Positions 52,014 through 61,927 of a stretch of 64,000 nt of DNA are shown piece by piece. Origin of the DNA: Tubulanus polymorphus (lineage: Eukaryota; Animalia; Nemertea). Location of the stretch: positions 6,820,001-6,884,000 of the forward strand of contig NC_134028.1 of the NCBI RefSeq assembly GCF_964204645.1, in the 5' to 3' direction. Under the pieces are notes generated by a model, which saw only the letters and a list, made by a program, of their open reading frames with translations, did not search any database and was not told where the DNA came from. The stretch's first letter is position 1. The number at the start of each line of letters is the position of its first letter. A program made the translations under genes and the position numbers.

Positions 52014-53629
52014 TTACATTGAGTTGAAAAACCTCTAATTTCAAAAATTGTATTATTGTCAATTCCAGATATTTTAGGAGTATAATCATTTAATTTTACT
52101 TCAGGAATTATTTCAAGTTTTTTAAATTCTGTCTCAAATAATTCATTATCAATATCTAATTGTTGCTTTAATTCATTACAAATTTTATTTCTATTTTCAT
52201 CTATATCTTCTTGTAATTGTTTAAGTTCTTTCATTTCTTCTAACTTTTTAAATTCACTTTTAGATAATAATTTTAAATCAAAATCTTCTTCAATATCAAG
52301 TGCATCTAATTTATAAAAAGGTTTAGATTTTATATTGTATCTCTTTTTTAAAGTTGTAAAACTAATTCCTGTTTCACGTAATTTAAATCTAAATATAAAT
52401 TTATTCAATACTGTAAACATTGAATTAGTTGAAGATATAACAGTTGCTCCTTCAGTTTTAATATATTTTTTTGCTTCAATAATGAATTCTGATTTATCAT
52501 CATTTTGATTAATTGTTAGGTATAAACATGGGATATTCTTAATTGTAAACATTGATAAAATAAGTAAAAAGGAGGACTCTTCAATATTTTTACTTATCCT
52601 AGATTTATATCCTATAAATTTCCTTGCTAATAAATCACCATAATAACAGAAATAAAAGCATTTTTCAATCAAATCATAAATACATACGGTCTGTTGAACC
52701 TCATCAAATAATGATTTAAGTTGTAAATATGTAGGTGAATAGTAAATATTTTCTTTTTTTAAGTATTGTTTTATTTTTTCCATCACTTTTAATCCTCTTT
52801 TAAATGAAATACTTGTTATTTCAATTCTAATCAATCCTGTTTCAATTGATTTTTCAAATGATTCTTTTAACCTCTCTTGATAGCAATTTATGTAACTCAT
52901 TAAATTTGAACCGAAATTTATATTTACACCAGGAGATTTGAATTGACATGCTGTTTTATTATAAGTCTTTATTTTATCATCCTTATGTAATGCTGAAACA
53001 CAACTATTGGAAAATTCTTTTAGAACTTTATATTTTCTATTTTCGAACATTGATTTTATTTCATCTGAATTAAATGATCCTTTAAAATCTTGTGTCACAT
53101 CTACATCTAATATATTGTAATTTTTTTCATTTAATAATTTTTCAATATTATCCATTTTCTGTATTAATTCATTTAAATTTTGATTGCATAATGAAATTTT
53201 AAATACAGCAATATAATCTGTTAATTTTAATTCTTGATTAATTCTACTTAATATATATGATTTTGAATTATCATCATGAATTGTTAAAACACGTGTAATT
53301 TTTATAGCTAAGTTATCCAATATAATATCTCCTTGATTAAAACATTCTTTAATTTCATAATGTGTTATCTTTCTCTGATTAATGTTTAGAAAAGTTGTTC
53401 TATTTTCTTTTATAATTTCTTTTTCTCACATGATTTTATATAGCATTATATTATCGCAAAATATATCTGATGTTTCAATTAATTCATTATTTTCAGATTT
53501 ATAATACTTATTTATATTTACTCCTGAAATATCTGCTAAATTATTGCTAACAGTTAAATAATATAATATTGAATTTATATATTTATTACTCATGTCTTTC
53601 GCGGGAACTTTAATTAATCTTGTGCACAT
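51977..53629 (-). CDS. Putative Rep_trans-like initiator, mirror copy with the same in-frame TGA (53426-53428)
   Basis: Four amino-acid differences from the left copy (N>S, I>T, D>N, A>E). Confidence 0.55.
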
Positions 53630-53718
53630 TTATATATCAAATTTTTATTAAAATAGGTTAAAATTCAAAAAGAGTTAGAGTTCGCTGAAACCTTACGCTT
53701 TAAAATATTTTTTTACCC

Positions 53719-54033
53719 TTATTGGTTGAATAATTGTGTTAATCTAGATCTTAAGCATTGTTTCAATCTAAAATTAAGATCTGTTTGATATCTTTCTCTC
53801 ATATATTTTGTCATATAATAATTATAATGTTCTATATTATCTTCTCGATATTGTTTAGTATATAGTTTAATGCAAGTTTTACAGTAATATTGAAAACCAT
53901 CTTTGCTAATCTTACGCTTACTAAATTCTGTTAATGATTTATCTAATTCACATTTAGAACACTTCTTGTAATATATGTTTATAACACCAGTGTTATTTGT
54001 AATATTGATAGTTTGTGGTTGTTCTGGTTCCAT
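53719..54033 (-). pseudogene. N-terminal fragment of a phage/giant-virus-type zinc-ribbon (HNH/endonuclease VII-associated) protein
   Basis: KKCSKCELDKSLTEF...KDGFQYYCKTC...RYQTDLNFRL...LRSRL pattern; stops where the palindrome arm begins; no nuclease motif remains. Confidence 0.6.
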
Positions 54034-54989
54034 TTATTATACATATTTTTTTACTGAATTGGTTAATATTTTAGAATCCTCTTCCATTTCTTCGACCAAC
54101 GTCATCCTTTTTCATTCTTCGTTGCTTTTGATAAGTTGTTTCGATTCCTTGATATCTAAATAATACCAGTTACAATACCCGCGTCACATGCTGCTATTTA
54201 TAGCCGGTTTTGCTTAATGCACATGCGTTAATCATAATTATATATTCATTCTATAAATTCTGTAAAATAGAAACAACTGAACATAGAAAATTCGAACGCA
54301 TTCATGTCCCTCGTCACATGCGTTACATGTGTCACATGCGGCCATTTATGGCCGGTTTTGCTTAATGCGCATGCGTTAATCATAATAGAAACGACTGAAC
54401 ATAGAAAATTCACAAATCAGATTTACACAATACATTATACAAGTTGTTCAGTCATTTCTTCCAATACATCATTTGATTTCTATAAATACAATTTATAATT
54501 ACAAACATTTTTCAATTGCCGGTAAATATTTAACTACATCAACAAATGTTAAACTTAATCATTGGAGTCTTAATGTTTTTGAAATTCTTATATTTCTTCT
54601 TCGATCTTTTGGTGATTCTATTGGTTCGATATCCATTGCTGTTGATTCCTCAGGTAGAAAGAGTATCTTGAGTTTCTCTATCGCTTCTTGATGCGTATGA
54701 CTTTTTATTAATCTAAAAGATATTAGCGGCAACTCTAGCCATCTGAAAGATATACTAAATACACTTAAATATATCTAAAGGTTTCATATTTAATAGTCTT
54801 AATAACTACAACAAACAGTACTTACATTTAGATTTATAATTGTAAACTATAAACTCCTAATTTCGTTTCGAAAGATAGAATATCCTGAGCACAATATTAC
54901 AGCGTATGTTCATTTCCGGGGCGATTTCTAGAATGACACGTCGTTGATTATGCCACGTCATCTAGTTCCGGTTCTAGAGTGTTCTCTCT

Positions 54990-57856
54990 GCGAATTTTTT
55001 TTTCACACCATGTCAGATAGCCACTGCGCATGCCCAACTCAGTTTCGCTTCCGGACTGCATGTCGCAATGCATGAAGAAATCCATGATGTGAACGACAAA
55101 ATCTACTGTCGACTCTTGACTAAATATAAGCTGTGGTAGGAGGCCTAGCGCCAGCCAATTGACCATGATTGACTACTTGCCAGCTTCGCGTCTCAGACCA
55201 GTAGGAAACCGAAGTAAGTTAATGGTTTCATTCTTTTTACAGGCACGTTTTTCCTTCTTTGACTTTAATTCAATTCAATTCAATTCTTTATTATCATACA
55301 TGATTGTAGATGCAATGCAATTGTAACAAAAATAAAATGATATAAAATAGAATAAAACACAACACAACATAAGCATTAGACTTATTCGTTATACAAGAAT
55401 ATGTATATATACATGTACATTCTACTTAATATATTACCATTAAGTGACAATTTTTTATTTATAAGTTGGAAAACCCAAAAGCTGTAAACTGTCCTAGGCT
55501 ACGTGTCATTAGTGGGGACGAAATGATTAATAGGAATTTATCTTCATCAGAGAAACTATTATTTGGGAATATAAGAAATGTCGGAATTGCCCAAAATTTG
55601 GCCTGTCAGTGTCAGACCCCCGCTGTCAGACCACAGCTCCCTCATTTGTAGGCTCAAACTGTGACGGTAGAAATCTGAACTATTAACATTCTATTAAGAA
55701 TTTGCAACTTAAACTTTTGAAGCCAATTAATGTCTATTGTAAACATATAGGCCTAAAATCATGACAGTGTATGTGTTGAGTGTGATAAGCCGCAATACCG
55801 AGTTGTGTAGATCTTCTCCCAAAATTTGCAGAGAACACCTCCGCAGGCTTTACACTCTAGCGCTTCTGACGCCTGCTCCACCAACCTCCCAAGACGCAAC
55901 GAGTCCTATTTAAAAACGTGCGGCACCTCATAAATCAGACAGTTTTGGTCAAATTCACATAAGATGCCAACCAAATTTCTCTGTTTTAATTTTAGGCAAA
56001 GAATATTATCGTGATACTAAAATGTAGTTATTAAATAATGTGAACAATGCTTAGATAACAAGTATGGATTCAGCTATAGTAACGGTAAGTTGATTTTATA
56101 TCACAAGTCCTTTGTGTGAGGTTCTCTACAGGGGGTCATGGAATACGGAATACTAATTTGAAGTGGAATACAGCATAAAAAGCTGAAAATTGTCGATTTT
56201 GCTGAAATTCTTGGAATACAAGGAGAAAACTGTCTTGTTTTGCCATCGGAATACGGAATACAGGGATATTTTCCAGATTACATATGCCAAATTCCTTGGA
56301 ATACAGCATACAAACACCCTGTCGAGGGCCTCTTGTGGTTTCCTGTCTTCGCACTGGGCATAAAATATCTTGGACGAGTTTCTTGTTGCTGACTGGCCGC
56401 CATTAATGCATGGTTCCCAGCTTACCGGGAAAACGGGAAAAAGTAGGGAATTTAAAAATTGAATTCCCGGTTGGGAAAAGTCAGGGAATTGATCAAAATT
56501 TGATAGAATCCGGGAAAAAGTAGGGAATTACAAAAACTCTGTTCAGATAGTCATGTCAGTTGATTGGTATATGATGTTATATGTAAATCTGTACAATATT
56601 TCTTATGGCTATTATCTTTATTACATGTGCCTGATATTGACACAGCATATGAAAATATTTCCCGCAGGAGAATCAGTCAATTGCGTATTCCGCCGACCAG
56701 TTTTGGACAGTTCACTGTCGTGGAGGAACATTCTGCTGAAGTTGGTGATCTTTTAAAGTATCCGTCCATTCTGCCAGAAAATGTATGCACCACTCTTATC
56801 AAGATATTGGACTCCAAGCCCAATCATATTGTTAAATTTTCGCATTGTTCATATGATCGTGGAGCTCTTTCTTTCTGTCGTATTATTCAAAGTTGGCGTC
56901 AGATACAAATTGAGGTTGAGAGGGAGGATACCTGGTTTAAAACCCTCAAGAAAAAGATATGGTATACCAAAGAAATGGATGGACACCTGAGCAAGTATCA
57001 TAGCATTGTAAACAATTCCCCATACAATTCCTCTCTTGGTGAGCCATTATCCTACCTGTCACCCATGAACCTGTGCAGGTTTTCTTGCTCCAGTTGGTAC
57101 AGCGAATTACAGTTTAATGCTATTGGCTATATATACTGAACGAGAAGACCGAAAAACTGTATACATTTCCGATTGGGGATAAAGCTGTTTTAAAGGACAG
57201 TTACAGTTATTATGTTATGTTTTGTATTGTTAATTTTGACAATGTAACTTCTGTTATTACTGATGATCATACTGGCAAACACTGGACATTTGTATTATAT
57301 GACAAAGTAAATAATTGTATATATTATCAGAACTTTCTTCATTTTAAGGGAAATAGCCAACCGGTCTGCTTATAAGTACTGATGGCAATTTGAAAGAAAT
57401 ATTAGACTTCCATGACACAAACTTAATTAAAAATGTTGAAAAAATTTTATCCTCACCAACATTTGCAAAATGGGTATTTTTTAGGGATAACAGGGGCAGG
57501 GTTATGCTATATATTAATGAATGTAATGTAACCATCTAAAAGGCTATTTTTGTATTAATTTAATTTTGTAATATTTTTGTATGCGTTTCTGATGCCATTT
57601 GATATTGAATAAACCTTCAATTTGCAGTTCTTTCTTAAGTTTCTTTTATCAAATTATTATCTGAGATATTTTTTGGATGATGTGATCTGTGTGGATTTTA
57701 CTCTCATAAAATTTATATCATTACTGTTTGTGTGTGACTACAGGGCCATCAAAATGCAGCAGATGATATTTCGGCATTAAAAAGTCACGTGATGCATGTG
57801 AACATGTTGTAAACGCTACAACAAAATGGCGGACCTGGTGTGAAAAAAAAATTCGC
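54990..57856. mobile_element. Nested DNA transposon with 9-bp TSD (Mutator/MULE-like, apparently non-autonomous)
   Basis: Perfect 21-bp TIR GCGAATTTTTTTTTCACACCA; TSD GTTCTCTCT at 54981-54989 and 57857-57865; host-like base composition; unassigned 191-aa ORF at 56564-57139. Confidence 0.8.
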
Positions 57857-57980
57857 GTTCTCTCTCTCTCTCTGCACGTTTGTAATAATGAGTCATAAGT
57901 CTCGGCGTCATTGTAACAGCTGTAACAGCTGTGAATTTATAGATTTATTCTATAGCTCTGTACATTGAATGTATATAGGT

Positions 57981-58232
57981 TCAAATAGAATCATTTTCTA
58001 GTATAAACATCGGATCCTTGATATCAAATTCCTCAACGTATTGTTCATTATTTGGATCATTATTCCATAATTCAATAAATTTCTTTCCCTTTGTTAACTG
58101 TTCTGAATATAACTGTAAATATTCTATTTTCAATTTATTTTCTAAATGTGTTCTAGTTTTATTGTGTCTTGCTTTTTGAGACTTGTCTATATCGTTATTA
58201 CATGTTGGGCAGTAGTACTTATTTGCTTCCAT
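57981..58232 (-). CDS. 83-aa ORF sharing its first 38 aa (zinc finger) with the PolB-like ORF through the TIR
   Basis: Identical MEANKYYCPTC...LKIEY, then a unique acidic tail. Confidence 0.45.
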   Translation of the reverse strand: MEANKYYCPTCNNDIDKSQKARHNKTRTHLENKLKIEYLQLYSEQLTKGKKFIELWNNDPNNEQYVEEFDIKDPMFILENDSI

Positions 58233-58716
58233 TTTAATACTAAATTTTTTATTAAAATTGATTTTAGAAGTTCAATGATTTATATTTTATTCATTTATAT
58301 GAATATTTTAAGAGTAATAGGGATAATGGGCTTTCATATCAAAGGTTGAATGGTCGTGTTCATTAAAAACATATATTAAAAGTAATTAAAAACTATAATA
58401 TATTTTCATAACCGCGTGCATTTCAGTTGAATAATAGAATAATTATTATTATTAAAATATATTTGATTATTTTAATTTGTGTATTGTAAATAAATCAATT
58501 GGTCGCGGAGCGGAGCGGTAGCGAAGCGGAGCGACCAATTGATTTAATACAATATGCATTTAAAATTATTGATATCTTAGAATAAATATTTAGTTTTGAT
58601 ATAAAATGCACGCGGTTATGAAAATATATTATAGTTTTTAATTACTTTTAATATTTTGTTTTTTAATGAGCTCGACCTTTCGACCTTTGGTATGAAAGCC
58701 CATTATCCCTATTACT
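58119..58716 (-). repeat. Right TIR, terminal 404 bp (58313-58716) forming an imperfect hairpin
   Basis: Reverse complement of the left TIR with small indels. Confidence 0.92.
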
Positions 58717-58914
58717 GCGACTGACTAAAGCGGGGGTAGTGTTTTATGAAATGGATGTGATAAAAGCGAAATTACATAAATGTGTATTTGATGTAGAAGA
58801 AAAGTGCCTTAAAGAAAATCTCAGGCATACGATCGTACGTATTCCGGTTAAGGAATGACAATTTCGGATAACAAACTCTACCGGCCTTCTATCAGGTTCA
58901 AAAAGATTATGCTA

Positions 58915-59128
58915 ATTATTATTCTTTATTATTCTTTATTCACGAATTAAATTACACTAGAAAATTACAACAAGATAATATAATAAAATAATGTAATTCA
59001 AGTCGATGGACACCAGGAGAAGTTACAAACTTATATCCATGAAACATGGCCCTGGCGCCCATAGAAATCAAACACACGCACGCACACACACACATGTTCA
59101 CAACCCTGCACCACAACACTCACGCATA

Positions 59129-59180
<52 letters not shown>

Positions 59181-61820
59181 CACACACACATCCATAATGA
59201 CAAGTTAAGTTCAGATCGACCTATAAACGCATATTAAACAAATGTTAAATTACTATTGACCCGTTAACAGATACTGCTTGAAATTCTTTTTAAATACATA
59301 AACATTCTTCGACTGCTTTAAAGTTGAATCGAGTGAATTCCAAAGTTTTGGACCAGAAACCTTTACCGAAAATTTATTTCTTCGAGTTTGAAATCGAGGG
59401 ATTTCCATATTGTTTTGGCTACGAGTTTGATAATTGTGGATTTCATGTCGAAATTGAAAATAGTTATTAAAAGAATCAGGTAGCATGGATTTGTTATAAT
59501 TAAACATGAAGCATCCTAACTGTAATTTGTTCATTCCTTTAATTCTCAGTATTTTCAGTCTTTTAAAGAGTGGATCAGTATGTTCTAAATAATATGAATT
59601 TGTTATTATTCGAACCGCACGTTTTTGAAGTAGTAATAATGAATCTAAATAGACATTAAAATTTTGAGCCCAAACTATGTTACAATAACTTAAATACGGT
59701 TCCACTAAACTAAAATACAATTGAATAAGAGTTTTCTCAGGTAAGAATCGTTTTAATCTATTTAACATACTGATACTCTTCGATACCTTGCGTTGAACAT
59801 TATTGATATGATCAATCCATGAAAGTTTATCGTCAATATTTATACCCAAAAAATTTGTGCTATGAACTTGATCAATATTAATTCCGCTGATTTGAATCGA
59901 AATGTTAAGTGGTAGTTGTGAGCAAAATACCATGCAATGAGTTTTTGGCAAGTTTAAAGATAATTTATTAGCGTAAAACCACGTGGCTAGTTTATCAAGT
60001 TCACTAGACACGGTCAATGCAAGGTGATGAATATCGGAACCGCTCGCAAAGACATTAGTGTCATCAGCAAAAAGCGTAAATTTCAAAATGTTGCTGACAT
60101 TAACGCAGTCATTTATGTATATTAAAAAAAGTAACGGTCCCAAAATGGAACCTTGAGGCACACCAGTAGATATATTCAAAAGTTGAGACTTACAATTTTC
60201 AATTTGAACAGTTTGTTGTCGGTTTTCCAAATAATTTCTAAACCAGCAAAGTGCGCGACCTTTAATTCCATAAAAATCTAATTTTGACAATAATATTTCA
60301 TGGTTGACTGTATCAAAGGCTTTGGATAAGTCCAAATAAACACCGATAGTGGGATTTTTATTTTCAAGATTATATGAAATTTCATCAATAATTTTGATGA
60401 CTGCCATGGCAGAGGAGTGATTCTTTCTAAAACCGAATTGATTTGAATTTATGATAGAAAATTTATCACAATAAGACATTAGTCTGTTGTACACGACTTT
60501 TTCAAGAATCTTTGAAAAGCAAGGCAAAATTGAGATAGGCCGGTAATTATTAAAGTTATCTTTGTCACCACTTTTGTATAAAGGTCGAATTCTAGCGATT
60601 TTTAATTTGTCCGGAACAATTCCAGTCTGTAGACTCATGTTAAAAACATGGCAGAGAGGATCTTTAATTAAGTCAAAAATTTTTTTAGTTACTTTCATGC
60701 TAATCTCATCGGTACCCAAACCTTTATTGGAGTCAAAATTTTTTACTATATCCATCAGTTCGACTGGTGTTGTTGGGAATAAAAAGAAGTTTTCATTTGG
60801 GCTGTTATGCAGGAAATCCTTAAAATTTATATTTGTGCTAGGGATCTTTTCGGCAAGCTTATTACCGATGTTTACAAAGTACTCATTAAATTTATTAGCA
60901 ATGTTAGCTTTTCCATTTATAGGTGTCCCATTAAGTTTGAATACGTCAGGTAATTCTTCCGAGTTTGATGACTTACCAAGAATATTGTTAATAATTTTCC
61001 ATGTTTGTTTCATATCATTAGAAGCCGAAAATAATTGCACACCGTAATAGGATTTTTCTGCACATTTTAACAAATTACCAAGAATATTTTTATATCTTGA
61101 ATATTTATGCTTACGCGCTTCCGTAGGATTTCTTATGAATTTTTTGTATAAACAATTTTTTTCGTCTAATTGATTTTAAAAGACCAAGTGACACCCAGGG
61201 TTTATTACTATTTACTTTATTAGTTTTAGAATTTATTAATGGGAAAGATTCGTCATAAAGTGATTTAAACATAGCAAGAAAAAGATCATAGGACTCATTG
61301 GCATCTAAACTATTTGATACTGTCGACCAGTCTACTGACTGCAGTTTCCGAATAAAAAAATCGATATTGCGCTCACAAAAATTCCTTGTCTTGATATTGT
61401 TCACTGGAGTAGTGGGTTCTTTATCACCACATACAACAAAAATTGGGAAATGATCCGAGATATCGGTACATAAAATACCGGACTTAAAACTCCCGTCAAG
61501 GTTATTACAAAAAATATTATCTATTAATGTGGCTGACTCAGTAGTTACTCTAGTCGGTTTATCAATCAAAGGACAAAAGGAATTTGCAATCAAAGTATTT
61601 ATAAAAACATCAGTTGGATGATGCACATGCACACAGACATGAGTAAGTTGATATTGAAATCGCCAAAAAGATAGCAATTTTTGTTTTCACGATTTAATTT
61701 GTCCAGAAGTGTATTAAATTCATCTTGAAAACCTTGAATTTTTAATCCAGGTGGTCTGTATATAATTCCAACTATAGTGTTTTTATGCTTCTTAGAGTTA
61801 ATTTCTACAAATAATAGCAA
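58915..61820 (-). mobile_element. 5'-truncated non-LTR retrotransposon (CR1/L2-like), APE endonuclease + RT with frameshifts
   Basis: GIIYRPP...FGDFNI, PTR...TLIDNIF...SDHFP endonuclease motifs; RT motifs NYRPIS, QFGFR, LDLSKAFDTV, GVPQGSILGP, FADDT; 3' UTR with (GCAC)n and a short AATAAAG-type tail. Confidence 0.93.
59075..59190. repeat. (GCAC)n/(CA)n microsatellite in the LINE 3' UTR
   Basis: Read directly from the sequence. Confidence 0.9.
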
Positions 61821-61927
61821 AGTAGCTATTAGTAATGTGTAATGGTGTGGTATACATACTGGTATTCCGCACGAACGCGCCAGAAGAGAATTCCGGAATC
61901 AGTAGAGACCAATCGAAAGTGTCTGCC

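Larger units (their letters stand above)
50887..53726 (-). repeat. Right arm (2,840 bp) of the inner palindrome
   Basis: Mirror copies of all left-arm ORFs. Confidence 0.95.
45371..58716. mobile_element. Polinton/Maverick-like non-autonomous composite element (13,346 bp)
   Basis: Exact 6-bp TSD GCGACT (45365-45370 and 58717-58722); termini AGTAATAGGGATAAT...ATTATCCCTATTACT; ~0.6-kb TIRs; abrupt shift to very AT-rich DNA; pPolB N-terminal fragment. No integrase, ATPase, protease or capsid ORF recognised. Confidence 0.85.

Noticed and set aside
45839-54033. AT-rich intronless block as bacterial or organellar contamination
   Set aside because: Bounded by an exact TSD and TIRs within host DNA and contains a nested host-like transposon.
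54495-54830. Possible spliced or decayed minus-strand gene (TAAAT-GTAAGT...TTTCAG, ~80 codons with an internal TGA)
   Set aside because: No consistent start or frame and no recognisable product.
57482-57495. TAGGGATAACAGGG matches 14 of 18 bp of the I-SceI site; TAGGGATAA also occurs in the TIRs
   Set aside because: Incomplete match, no homing-endonuclease or vector context; most likely chance.
60562-61047. 161-aa plus-strand ORF, and similar antisense ORFs over CCAR1 exons
   Set aside because: Antisense shadows of the LINE RT or of real exons.
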